From assembly GCA_003971905.1 (NCBI GenBank), contig RSEE01000171.1, positions 1-55,478 on the forward strand: DNA of 55,478 bases. The letters run 5' to 3'. Source of the stretch: Moniliella sp. 'wahieum' (lineage: Eukaryota). Positions 12,101-24,270 of this stretch are shown in pieces. Under the pieces are notes generated by a model. It saw nothing but the letters and a program-made list of their open reading frames with translations. It ran no database searches and was not told the origin of the DNA. The translations under genes and the position numbers were made by a program. Position 1 is the first letter of the stretch. The number at the start of each line of letters is the position of its first letter.

Positions 12101-13585
12101 TGGGATGCAGCGTACGCTTACCCCCCCCTGTTCCTCGGGGTAGGTATGGGCAAGGAGACGAGCACGGGCACGGGGACGCACGCGGGTCACGGTACAGGGT
12201 ACGGGGTACGCGGTACGCGGTACGAGGTACACGTTACGAGGTACGGAGGGGTACGGCTTCTCTGTCCTGTCCTCCTCCTACCCTACCCCTATTCGATTGT
12301 TTTTTTCGCATTGAACCATTATCTGTCTTCTCGCATGGACTGCAGTGGGCGGCACATGTCCTGTTCTCGTCCTGTTCTCTGGTCCACAAAGAATCCGCTT
12401 CCTCCCTCCCCTTTCCCCCGCCTCATTTCCCTTCAATCCACACGCTTTCCTTCATGTCCTCGTAGCATTGTCCGACCTGGTTCGGCCTGTTGGGAAAGGT
12501 GGGCGGCGCGACACAGGTACCACAGGGTAGTCCCACTGACACGAGCTGGGGCTCGCATGGCGCGGGTCCTTTGGTTCCTTTCCTTCCCTCGTCTCAGCAT
12601 GTGACATGTGAGTGAAGCCAAGACCGGAACGGTGGGCGTACACCGTTGTCCATGTGAGGTCACGCCCAGCGCCCATTCTTCCTTCTCCTTGGGCAACCAG
12701 GATCGCTTGGGGTTGCCGTCGCATCCGCAGCTTCCGTAGCGGCAACAGCAACCGATTCTCACCACGTACACTGGCTCCTCCCACCCGCGCAGCTGGGTGA
12801 GAGCTGGGTGAGAGCAGGGCGGTCGATGGCGATCATCTACCTGGTCGTCAATATGGTGTCTGCACGACCCCGCCTTCCTACCATCGCTGATCGCAGGCAC
12901 ACGTACTATGGCCTGATATGGGCCAAGAGCGGCAGCTGCGGGGTCGGGGTCTACGGTGAAATGAATGTGGAACAGAACACCCTGCGTTACAACGACGTTG
13001 ACGGTACCAGCACCTTTCCTGACCAAGACTCGACGCTCAGCAGACAACAATGCACAAGGAACCCAAGAAACCGAGAGAAGAGGCCAATTAAGATACGTAT
13101 ACCCGTAGTATGAGAAGCGAGATGCGCGATATACAAAGCCCAACAGTTCCAGTTCAATGGGAAACCAAAAAAAACACAAGAGACAGAGACACCAACAAGA
13201 AATGACATGGCATAGTGTACAAGAAAGAATGCAGAGACGGGGACGTGGAAAGCACAGCCAAAGCCAAAGCCAAAGCCAAATTCGAACGCCGGTGCGAACA
13301 GGCGTGCAAAAGCAAAAGGAGTGCGGTTGGGGGAGGCGCGAAAAGTCCCGTGGGTGTATATTAGGGAGAGACGGGGCCAATGCGCATCCGGGAAAGGGGT
13401 GCTAGATAAGCAATAGCGCAAGGGGAAGAACCCAGTTCAGAGGTCAGGGTTCAGAGTTCAGAGTTCAGTACCCCAACCGGCCGTCGGGGGCAAAGCCCAA
13501 TGCAGAGTAGGCCAGACGAGGTTTCGCTTCGCATGTCCATTCAGGTCCAGTGGCAAAGGAGGCAGTAGGTCCATGTACAGGACCA

Positions 13586-13726
13586 CGCAGTGCATAAACC
13601 AGGGTTTTTTCGGGCCAAGTCCATCTTGGCGCGCAGGATCACCCCTAACCTAACCAGCACTCGCAGTGCGTAAACGAAGGTTTTTTCGGGCCAAGTCCAT
13701 CTTGGCGCGCTGGATAACCCGCAACC
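13586..13726. repeat. Two-copy imperfect tandem repeat (76-bp period) with an identical 32-bp core containing a hairpin
   Basis: ggttttttcgggccaagtccatcttggcgcgc occurs twice, with stem GCCAAG-tccat-CTTGGC. The flanks cgcagtgc(a/g)taaac and ggat(c/a)accc are also repeated. Confidence 0.85.
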
Positions 13727-15046
13727 GTTCAACAGGGGAGGGGGGTACAGTCGCATAGTACCCCGATTCGACAACTGGTTTTTTAACGCTTTTTTTCGTG
13801 ACCGGAAAAGGCCAGGGCAAACCCAGCAAACCCCCAAATTCAAATCATCGTCTTGACGATTCTTCACGACCACCCACCCAAACCACCACCACGCACGGCA
13901 ACCGCCTACTAGCCACCTTTCGTTTCGGTTCGGCAGTCGGACAAAACATATGCCGCACGTAGCGTAGCACCTGGGCACCCATCACCATTTCTTGCTCATG
14001 CTAAAGCGAGCCAGCACTCCCGCTGCTCCCCTTGCGCACGCCGTACGTTCCAAAGTTCATGTACCGAGACAAGTGTTGTCCCAGCCAATGTGTTCAAACC
14101 TTGCCCGTCTTGCTTAATCGTCCCAACCAAACGCAGGTTGTGGCCCCACGCGAGGGACGGGACGAGGGGTGAGTTGTCTTGCCCGTGGGAGCGCCGACAG
14201 GAGGGGCGGACAAAGTACCCAACTCCTCACCCCGTACCCGCGTGGAACCACCACCTGGCCCCGACCGCCTTGACAAGAGCCGGTGCCCGCTCTTGTCCTG
14301 GCCGTGGGAGGGGTGCATGTGCATCGACGGGTGTCGTGCTCCACGCATGCAGCCCCGTGGGCGCCACGGCCAGGAGACAAACGCGTGGAGAGGGGCGCCT
14401 GGGCTGGGCAGTGGGTGGGGGAAAGAGGGAGGAAGGCAAGTGCTGGACGGGTGTTTTATACCCCGTCCGCCCAGTGCCCACCGGCCACTGGCCAACCACC
14501 AGGCCACGCAAGCGGGTGGGCAGCAGGCACCCACTAATCAGCCCACACTGCCTGCACAGTGCCTGTACCCACAGCACTAGGGTTGTGGGCACGTCCACCC
14601 ACCTTATGTAATTGTGCACCCACCCCGCGGAGATTAACTCTACGTGCGAGACAAAATTCTAGTTGGTTCAGTCGGTCCGCAATGGCAGCAAGTGTCCTAC
14701 CGGTGGATCTTGCTTGACTGAGGCTCTTCCTCTCTGGTCTCGGCCTGCTCGCCCCATCCACCCCCACTTGCGCCACGGCCCCTGCTAACAGTGCCTCCCC
14801 ACCTCCTTTCCAACACATACATCCCGCGTGTGTGTGTTTGCACGCAAGAAGCCCCCCAACGATCAGTGCCAGGCCGGCTTTGCTATCCTCTGCCACACAC
14901 GTCTCTTTCTCCTCACTAGTCACTTGCTCTCCACAACCAACAAACGCCTGCGTGCGGTCCAGTGTGCCATTCATTGCATCCGCACCCTGAGCATCGGGCG
15001 GGGATTCCCATAGAATATGCCGCGTAGTACGAACAGCACCTTTACT

Positions 15047-16348
15047 TTACTTCTTGGCCTCGGCCGCAGCCGCCCGGGCCGCGCGCTTGTCCAACTTCTT
15101 AAACACATACTCGTACTCTGCCACGCCCGTCACACGCACCTTGTTCTGGGTCAAGGCGAGTGCGGCGTGCTCGAGCCAAGCAGGGTCCTTCATCATCCCG
15201 CGCCCAACAAAGATCAGTTGAGCTTGCTTCTTCTCCAACACTTGTTCTGCCACGTCGCCCGGGAACGCGCCGCCTTCCAACAAGCCCACGCTGCCCACGA
15301 CGAGTTTGTCCGCCTTGCCCGTTTCGGCGAGCTTCTTGCTTGCCGCCTCGGCCAAGTACGCCTGGTAGCCCGGGCCAGAAGCAAAGGAGTAAACGGGCAA
15401 CTTTTGGCGCGGGGTGTTACCGCCAGCTGACACGTCCATTACGTCTACCCCTGCATCCGCGAGGATCGGCGCGAGCGCCGCGGAATCTTCTGATGTCCAG
15501 GACGCTTCGTCCAGCTCCTCGGCATAGTCTGTACCGTTAACGCGGACCCAGACGCTCTTGGTCGGGTACTTGGTCCGGATCTCCGTGACAATCTCCAACA
15601 GGAGCCGAATACGGTTTTCGTAGCTGCCGCCGTACTGGTCGGTACGCTTGTTGCTCAAGGGAGAAAGGAAGGAGGAGAGAAGGTACCCATGAGCCGAGTG
15701 GACTTCAATAAAGTCGTATCCCGCTGCGAACGCGCGGTCAGCTGCGTCGAGCCAAGCTTGCTTCACCTCTGCCACACCTTGCAGCGACAGCGGCTTGGGC
15801 TGAATCCAGTCGGGTGCATAGGCCACATCGGAAGGGCCTACCACATTATCTTCCCACCCGCCTTCGGCGTTGGTAGGGTACACACTGTTGGACGTGGGCC
15901 CTGCCCAGGTAGGTGCCCAGCAGCTGGCTTTCCGACCGGCATGGGCCAACTGCACACCGACCGTGACAGAAGGCGAAAGTTGCTTGAGCGTGCGGACCAA
16001 ACTCGCATGACCCTCCACATGCTCGTCCTTCCACAGGCCTAGATCTTGCGGCGAAATGCGGCCGCGGGCCTCGACAGCAGTCGCCTCGACCACGATAGCG
16101 CCCACACCATGCACGGCAAAGGACCCGAGGTGGACCAGCTGCCACGGCGAGACAAAGCCGTCGGAACCAGAGTACATGCACAGCGGGGCGACGACGCTAC
16201 GGTTGCGCAGGGTCAAGCCCGAGTGCGGAAGCTGGATCGGACGCAGGAGCAACGGCGCTTGCTCCGGCTGCTCCTGCACCGTGCCGGGCACAGGATGGCC
16301 GGCGTACGACAGGCCAAAGTCAGAGTTCTTGATGGCGATCGAGGACAT
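15047..16348 (-). CDS. NADH:flavin oxidoreductase / old yellow enzyme, YqjM/NamA-like class (433 aa, intronless)
   Basis: Motifs LRNRSVVAPLCMYS, EATAVEARGRISPQDLGLW, VQLAHAGRKAS, IEVHSAHGYLLSSFLSPLSNKRTDQYGGSYENR, DVSAGG, GPGYQ, FVGR. Start MSSIAIKN at 16348. Confidence 0.95.
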   Translation of the reverse strand: MSSIAIKNSDFGLSYAGHPVPGTVQEQPEQAPLLLRPIQLPHSGLTLRNRSVVAPLCMYSGSDGFVSPWQLVHLGSFAVHGVGAIVVEATAVEARGRISPQDLGLWKDEHVEGHASLVRTLKQLSPSVTVGVQLAHAGRKASCWAPTWAGPTSNSVYPTNAEGGWEDNVVGPSDVAYAPDWIQPKPLSLQGVAEVKQAWLDAADRAFAAGYDFIEVHSAHGYLLSSFLSPLSNKRTDQYGGSYENRIRLLLEIVTEIRTKYPTKSVWVRVNGTDYAEELDEASWTSEDSAALAPILADAGVDVMDVSAGGNTPRQKLPVYSFASGPGYQAYLAEAASKKLAETGKADKLVVGSVGLLEGGAFPGDVAEQVLEKKQAQLIFVGRGMMKDPAWLEHAALALTQNKVRVTGVAEYEYVFKKLDKRAARAAAAEAKK

Positions 16349-17705
16349 GAGGTGGAGGTGCACTAGGGGCGGTAGTTGGAAGGGAGGAGGAGCGGGGAAG
16401 CAGGCAGGTGGGATGGGCGTATGAACGTTCGAATGCTGAGCAAAGAGGAACGTGGACCTTAAGTACCGCCGGGAGCGGTTGTGGCTGGCAGGGGGATGAG
16501 TTCGGCGGTTCGGCGGTTGGCGGATGTAAGCGCGGCCTACAATCAATCCTAGCGCACAATTCAGCCATTACGCCATTGCGAACGACGCCCCCTCCCGGCG
16601 GCTCACGCGCCCACGGGCGAAAGACGGGCGTTGGCGGGGTGTCGGTGAGGTCATCGACGATGTCACCTGTCACATGTCACACACCATCATACATCACTTC
16701 GATTTCAAGCTTGACTTGAAGCTTCAGCTTCAGCCCAGCATGATGTCGGAGCCAGCTGTAGGCATGTCAGCAACCACCTCGTGTGCTGCGTACACGTCAC
16801 ATGTCACATGTCACACCCAGTGTATTCGGTTTGAGGCCAACGGTGTTAGCAGTTTGCCCTGCACTCCACCCTCTGATCTCGAAGAGGCTGGTTGGCGAAC
16901 ACAATGGCTATATACTCCACGGAGTTTAGCAGCAGCAAATCCATTTCCCCTGCTATGACATGTGACTGCGCCGCCTGGGCCTATCGCCGCGCGGTTGTTA
17001 CATGGTACTAATACTCAGGACGGTGCGGAGGTGTTGAACTTGAAAGGGGAGAAATGAGATGTGAGCACGTTCAATTGAACGTCGAGGTCGCCTGCATGCC
17101 GTGCTTAGGGTGCTCTGAGGCCTCACAGTCTTCCTGTCACACTCGGGGCTAAGCCGGGGGGGCCAGAGTCGAAACGAGAGTCGAGACGGGCTAGTCCAAG
17201 GGATACAGCAATCGTCTTCTGCCTGCCTCGCCAAGGTGGGACGGTAGGTCCTGAACCTCAGGACGCAGACCTGAATCGAGCGGGCTGGAAGCAGGGGCAG
17301 GGGTGAGTATCTTAATGAGTGAAATGAGATGCGTGAAATGTCTCTGCGCCGAGGCCGTGGCGCGCATTCTACAGTTGAGAGTAAGTCAGCCTTGTGCTGC
17401 AAACCTGGACATCGCACACGAGTGGTGAGTATGTCCAAAATGTATCCTGAACCGCTATCTGGCTGGGTGCAGTGTTGCCTCTCGGGGTAGTGCGGCGGGC
17501 AAGGGGGGGGTGGCGAAAACGAGACGCATGGCGTGCAGCCGCCAAGCAATTCCAACGATGAACGATGAATGATCCACGATGGACGTTGAACGATAGGTCG
17601 AGTTGTGCGACAAGATCGGTGGGGGGGGGGCGATCGATTGGGGGTAAATTGGATCTCTGTTTGAGAGACCAAAGGAGAACTATGTACCTTGGCTATACAA
17701 GAACG

Positions 17706-18411
17706 TCAAGCTTCAAGTTCAGAGGGCAGGGCAGGGCGCAGCAGGACAGGGCAGGGGGGAGAAGAGATGTGCATGGTCATATTACTTTTTAGCCTTTTTG
17801 AGGAGAACAAAGCCTCCGTCCTAGCCTTTTGGATTTCCCTTGCCAAACGGGAAGCTTCACCAGTAGCTTCAGCAAAGATTTCCGCGTCGCGCTGTGCCTC
17901 GAGACGAGCACGTTGATGGTCCTGCTCGATCTTCTCGATCAAACTCGAAGCTTCCTTCAGACGGCCGGCCAACTTAAGTCGGTCCGCACGCAGCTGCGTC
18001 CGCTCATTCCGCACACGCATGGCTACTCGTAACTGTTCCTGCTCCAACGCCGTCATGTCCATCTTGAGTTGTCGCCGGTGCGCTTCCCGCTCCGCGGCGG
18101 TACCGACAAAGTCGTAGAACCGGAAATACTTGCGCGCCGATAACGGGCGGCACTGTACCGCCTGGATCCGGTCACCAATCTGCAGCTCGTTGAGCTCGTC
18201 GTGCACGAGAAACTTTTTGGTGACCGTGTGTTGCTGTGAGGGAAGGAGGGAGGGGTGAGCATGCCAGACGTGCAACGGAACCAAGGGGAGGAGGGAGGGG
18301 CAGACGGACCTTGGCGTAGAGGTGGTGGAGCATGGTGCGCTCGACGGTCAGGGTGACCGTCTTGTCCATGAAGCCTGCGCGGGTGACGAAGCCTTCGAGG
18401 ATCTGGGGCAT
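17706..18411 (-). CDS. Mitochondrial small-subunit ribosomal protein uS17m with a helical C-terminal extension
   Basis: MPQILEGFVTRAGFMDKTVTLTVER..H.LYAK, then intron 18234-18309, then QHTVTKKFLVHDELNELQIGD..QCRPLSARKYF. The true stop may be near 17782-17792 if there is a 1-bp indel. Confidence 0.9.
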
Positions 18412-18655
18412 GCTGGGCAGAGCGGCTGAGGCGGGCCGATGGTCGTCCCGCCCAGCCGGGCGGCTGCGGCGGCCGCCTGCAAGAAGGTGGGCGCCGCCGG
18501 GCGGAATGATCGACTAGTGTATCAGTCCCAGCCCACGCCCATTCCGCTGTAGGTTGTTTAATTATTAGACAGCGCAACCCAGTGCAAAGAAAGTACCAGT
18601 AGCAGCACAAAGTGTCTCCTCCTCCTCTTCCTCCTCCTTCTCCTCCTCGCCGGCG
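18412..18655. promoter_or_regulatory. Short divergent (bidirectional) promoter region between uS17m and the Rrn5-like gene
   Basis: The two start codons are head-to-head, 244 bp apart, with an AT-rich core gttgttttaattattag at ~18553. Confidence 0.6.
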
Positions 18656-21600
18656 ATGTGCGCGGCGCAAAGGCGGCGCAGCGCGTCTCCCGTGGCATCG
18701 CCGCTCCCACCCTTACCACCACCACCACCACCACCACCACCACCACCACCACCACCACCACAACCACATCCTCCTCCTCCCCCCCCTTCGCTCCCTCCGG
18801 CCCGCGCCAGCGCCGTGCGGCACGCCGCGCTCCTCGCCGAGCACATCGAGCAGACGCGCTTGCGGCTACGTCCTGTCCCGCGCCGTGTCTCCCTGGGCAC
18901 AACCCCCGCGTCCTCTGATCGGCCACCGCCCGTGTCGGGACGCTGGACGCGGCTGGAAAAGGATCTGCTCTACCCGGCGCTCGCGCGGCACTCTAAGCAC
19001 CGCCCCGACCTCGTAGCCCAGGACATCAATGTCGCCCTCGCTGCGTACCGGCGGGACGGCCACCCGCCTGCCCTCCGGTCAGCAGGAAAGACCGAGGTCC
19101 AAGTGGTGATGTACGTTGCGCGTTTGGAGGCTGGCAAAACCGCTTGGTCCAATGACTTGCTCGCTACCGAGCCGGCCTACACCCACTTTCTTTCCCACTC
19201 CAGCACACAGCAACGTACTTCCACTTCCATCGCGCCTGATCAGGCTGAGGAGCTGCAACAGGCGTTTGGAAGGTTGCGCGCACGCGCACGTACTTCTCAA
19301 TGGGGCGGGTTCCGGTTCCATCTGGATGCCGAGGGCGCGTCGTCGCTCGTGCTTGGTCTGGATGCCCATCCGGCCGCGAGAGAGGTGAGTGACGAGTTGG
19401 TCAACTTGGAGGAACGAGCGGCCAGGTTGCTGAACCAGCTCGATACCACCTTGGCGGAAAAAGCTACGTTGCAAGCACTCTTGATGAGCACGCTTCAACA
19501 TGCTGCGTCTGAGGCCAATGTCGCTTCCTCCCCGGCCCCCTTTGGCGCACCCGAGATTGCTTCAGCGGCATTTGTGCCTTCGGTCCCGGTGGACGAGGCA
19601 TTAGATAACATGGCTGTCTTGGTCCACCGTCTGCTCTCGCCCTTGGCACAGGACTACCCCATCTACCCTGCCCAAGGCGGGTTTCCTGCCGTCGTCAAAT
19701 CCGTCCTGGTAAGTGGCGTGGACATGGTCCGCACCGTAGTGCAACTTTGTGTCCCTGCGCACATTGCTCCGGCCGAAGTCAATGCGTATCGCAACGCTCG
19801 TCCAGCCCTTCAGTGGCCCTCGCCGTACGAACAAGTGGACCAGGCTCATGCGATGGCCCGATGGGTCATCCTCGCCTTCCTCAGTAAAGGTTACCTCTTC
19901 CCGTTTGACTTGGACGAGCGGCAAATCCTCCCTTTTCTCACCGAGCTCGAAACGAATACGGCAGCAAGCGACGTGCCTTTATTTCAGAAGTTGGTCCCTG
20001 GGGTCTTGGTGCCCGATTGGACCCTTGTGACGCACAACGAGGCCACCAGCGCGGTTCAACGACAATTCCAAGGCGCTAGCTTACGTGCCGACCTGGCCCT
20101 GGTCGCAGGCGTAGTGACCTCCTCTGGCTTCCCAGAACTCTGGGCGGCCCAACGCGTCCAACAAGACTACGATGACAACCTCCCTCCGGAGCAAGTGGAG
20201 CCAAGGGCGGACGCAGAGGCGGACCAGAGGCCAGACTGGCAGGGTAGGTATCCCCTTCCTCTCCCGACCTTTCGTCCTCCCCCTGTTCCGCGGAGGAAAC
20301 TGGCTTATACATTCGCCCCGACGGCCATACGTTACGTTTCTCCCTTGCGGTACTTGAGGCGCAGGCCGATCCAGTCCGCCAACCAACCGGACGGGCGGAA
20401 CGGGACCAGATCTGAGGAAGAGAATCTCGAGGCCGAGGCCGAGGCCGAGGCATACCGACCTGCCTTCCCCAAGGAGAAACCGAGGTGGCTCTCATCTTCC
20501 GGCGGACTGGCCACGTTCCCCTGGGGCGATACGTACGCTGCGCTCTGTCGTACTCGTGAGCGATCCCACCTTCTGCAGCCGCAACAGGGTCCCTTTGCAC
20601 CCTGCCTCGGCACTGTAGTACCCTCCTCCCACGTCGCCCAGCGCCTGCTGCCCATACTGCACTTGCCCACTTTGGCCCGTCTCCTGCGCTCGCACGACGG
20701 CGCAAATCATCTGGGCTGGGACAGCCTGGTGGAAATCGGTTCGGCACTCGAGGCGTTCCTCCACACTGTCTTGCGCGAATGCGTGGCGCAGTACCGCCAC
20801 GTCAAGTCTCCCCCCGACGAACAGCTCGTTCCCGTCCCCCAGGCCGAGCAGCAGCCTGCAAACCGCGGTGCCAGTCCGGGTGGTTATGAGGTAGGTACGG
20901 TCCAGGCTCCTGCTTCGTCCCCCAACCGTTCAGCCAGTTCGCACGCCGACCTTGCGGACCAAGTGGACGATCAGGTGCCAGTGAGGGATCAGGATCGGGC
21001 GTCCCCGTCGTCCAACCTGGACGTTAGACCGGGGCGACACCATGAAGAACAAGAGCAAGAGCAAGAGCATCTACAAGAACAAAAGCAAGACCAACAACAA
21101 GAGCAAGAGCAAGAACAAGAGCAAGAGCAAGAACAAGGGCCAGACCAAGAAGGAGAAGAAGGGACCCAGTCTCCTGACCCATCGCACCCGCCACGAGAAG
21201 GACAAATCCCCTCCCCCCGTGGCGACGGTCCGTCCGACGAAGCCGCAGTGCCTGAACCTGGGCCAGGGGGGGACGCCCCCACGCCCCCACCCAAACCCAG
21301 CATGATGATCACGGAAGAACTGATGATTGGTGCGCTGGCGCGCTTGGCACCGGACCTTCTGGTACGTCCAACTGACCTGCCGCAAGCGCGAGGGGAACCC
21401 CCGTCCGCCGAACCAACCCAACCGTCAGCGCAACCGTCAGTCCACCTGCGAGTGCCACAACCACCGCGAGCGCGACAGCTCACCGCACGCACCCGCCTCG
21501 CCCAGATGAGGGGCGAGTACGATCCTCCCACCCTCTGGTGCGGCAAGGGCGAGCCAGCGGGCTTACTGGGCATAACTCCTGGTAGTCTTCGGTCCCGCCC

Positions 21601-22608
21601 AGCCGGGGTGGACGCGCAGCAGCGACAACTCTGGACTACGAGGCCGGACTGGGATGGGGAAAGTCACTTTGGCTCCCTGCTGATCGGAAGCGCAGACGGG
21701 AGCTTGAGCAGCGTACGGACGTGGTGGAGGTTGCTGTGGATGGAGGTGGTGGAGTGGATGGAGTGGACGGAGTGGACGAAGTGGGGGGAGTAGGTCCCAA
21801 TTCGAAACGTCGACGGGCTGCTCGTATGTCCGAGAGTAGGTTTCCTTCACTTTCCTTGTTCTATCCTTCTACGGCGGCAGGGGACGCGGCGATTCAGCAG
21901 ATGGGCCTGGCTGAGTGGTCTGCACCGGAGCAGGAGCAGGAGCAGGTGCAGGTGCATGAGAACGAGGAGGACCGTGGAGCATCTGCCACTTCCCCCCGCT
22001 TAGGCTTGTCCCCAGCGCCCAGTGAATCGAGCTTGTCGGATGCGGAGATCGAGACTGAGGGCGAGGAGGAGGAGGAGGAGGAGGAGCGTGACATGTTGGA
22101 GGATGCTTCGGGTGCGCAAGAGGACCAACTTTCCACGGATGGGGAGCTGACCGATGCGCCTCTGGACGATGTGGACGAGGACGTGGTGATGGCCGAAGCA
22201 GGAACGTCGGAGGAGGAAGTGCCAGTGCCAGTGCCTGGCTCGCAGTCCGAAGCGAGTGAGCCAGGTGCTGCGTCCGAGCCCGAGCCGGAGTGCGAGTCGG
22301 ACACCTCGATCTTCTCGGACGACGAGGCGATGCCGCACTCGCTCGCGCACCTCTTCAAGGCGCGGGGGAGGGACATTCCGCGCGTCCCGGGCGAGAAGGA
22401 CAAGCGGGTGGCGACCCTGTGCTTTGATTGGCCTGCGGCGCCGCCGGAGGGAGGCGAGGTGGGCGAGGGGCGGCGGGGATCGGTGCGGCTGTGGCCGCCG
22501 GTGCAGGAGTGGTACGACGACCCGATGGAGCATGCGCGCGTCGACGCGCACGACGGCGAGGTGGATGCGTCGTTCGAGAAGGAGCTCTGGGCGCTGTATC
22601 GCTCCTGA
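18656..22608 (+). CDS. RRN5: Rrn5-like RNA polymerase I upstream activation factor subunit (frameshift at ~21700-21720)
   Basis: SANT/Myb-like segment WTRLEKDLLYPALARHSKHRPDLVAQDI..KTEVQVVMYVARLE, the motif PAAREVSDELVNLEE, a histone-fold-like helix LVEIGSALEAFLHTVLRECV, and an acidic tail ending DAHDGEVDASFEKELW. Confidence 0.7.
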
Positions 22609-23174
22609 TTGCGTATTGTTTTCTTTATCTTCTGCTGGTCTGAGCTACATCATAGTACACCTGCCCCCACAACACGCGCGCATGTCAGCGCCATTATAAC
22701 CCATGCATCACACCTGGCGCTGTTCTGTCCGACCCTCTCTATGGTATCTTCTCTTGGGATCGATGCATCGCTTCTTCTCTCTTTCTCTTTCTCTTCCTCC
22801 TGTAGGCCTCGCGTCCTTTGTTACACCGAATGTGCTTGCCGAGCGAGCGAACGACCGCAGCTCTTCCACCCGGAGCGCCTGAGAGTGAGGTTGTCACACC
22901 TGTCACCTGGCCTGTGACATGTCACACGTCACGCGTCACATGCCACCCCGCTGTTGCACCGATGCTGACCCACGCCGGGGCAGGGCGCCAGTGCCGCGCC
23001 AGGCTCGCACCCCGCCGGTGTTCCACGTGCCCCACGCCCACACTGCCCCCCTGCGCCCGCCGACAATACGCGCGCGGTAGGGTTGGGTGCGCCGCCACGT
23101 CGATCCTCCCATCGACCAGCGCGCCAACCCACCACCACCGCCTGCTGCCCAACGCCCCCATCAGCATCGCTCCC

Positions 23175-24270
23175 ATGGCCTCCAAGGAGTACACCTCCGT
23201 CCCCATCCAGGACACCAAGCCCGATGCTGTCCCCGCGGCCCCCGCCCCCGCAGCCACCACCCTGCCCTCCTCCCTGCCCGGCGGCGCTCCCCGCCCGCCC
23301 GAGCGCAAGCTCCACCCCGTCATCCCCATCTCCTTCTGGATCGGCTCCTCGATGACCGTCATCATCTACAATGCGTGCGTCCCCGCCGCTTGCGCGTGCT
23401 CTTTGCGCCCCCCAACCCCGCTAACCCCTCCCCCCCCCCCTCTGCAGATACATCCTCAAGAAGGACGGCCTCAACTTTGGCTACCCCATCTTCCTCACCA
23501 CCTTCCACATGGCCTTTGCCGCCCTCGGCACCCGTGTCCTTGCCCGCTACACCCACCTCATGGACGGTCTCCACAACGTCGAGATGACCCGCGAGCGCTG
23601 GATCCGCAACATCCTCCCCATCGGCGCCCTCTTCGCCGCCTCGCTCATCTTTAGCAACTACGCCTACCTCTACCTCAGCGTGTCCTACATCCAGATGGTC
23701 AAGGCCTTCACCCCCGTTGCTGTCCTGCTCATGTCCATTGCATTTGGTCTCAAGGCAGCCAACGCGACCCAGCTTGGGATTGTGTTTGGCATCTCGTGCG
23801 GTGTGGCCATTGCGTCCTATGGCGAAGCCAAGTTCGACCTATTTGGCTTTGTGCTGCAGGCCGTCGCGATCCTATTCGAGTCGACGCGTCTGGTCATGAT
23901 CCAGGTACTGCTGCAAGGTCTCAAGATGGACCCGCTCGTGTCGGTGTACTACTTTGCCCCTGTGTGCGCGGCGATGCTGGCTGTCGTACTTCCCTTTGTC
24001 GAGGGCTGGGCTCCCTTTGCCCACCTGGGCGATGTAGGTCCCATGGTCCTGCTCAGCAACGCATCTTGCGCATTTGCCCTCAACTTGGCCCTCGTCTTCC
24101 TCATTGGCGCTGCGTCCTCCCTCGTGCTCACCCTGGCTGGCGTGGTGAAGGATATCTTGCTCATCGTCGGATCCATGGTCATCCTCAACTCGGTTGTCAC
24201 CGGCACCCAAATGTTCGGCTACAGCATTGCCCTCGCTGGCTTGGTCGCATTCAAGCTCTACAAGGCGTAA
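23175..24270 (+). CDS. Triose-phosphate/nucleotide-sugar transporter family (SLC35E / Cryptococcus Cas4-like)
   Basis: Motifs WIGSSMTVIIYN, FGYPIFLTTFH, ILPIGALFAASLIFSNYAYLYLSVSYIQMVKAFTPVAVL, ESTRLVMIQVLL, MDPLVSVYYFAP, LTLAGVVKDILL. Intron 23375-23447. Confidence 0.92.

Noticed and set aside
12433..13421. ORFs on both strands (315 aa on minus, 101 aa on plus)
   Set aside because: No recognisable domain. They are partly built from microsatellites and have weak start codons. A decayed gene fragment cannot be excluded.
13603..13710. CRISPR-like layout (32-bp hairpin repeat, 44-bp spacer)
   Set aside because: There are only two repeats, the spacer is itself part of the duplicated unit, the context is eukaryotic and there are no cas genes.
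17067..17082. Perfect 16-bp palindrome ACGTTCAATTGAACGT
   Set aside because: It is isolated, with no second copy or associated feature, so I cannot assign a function.
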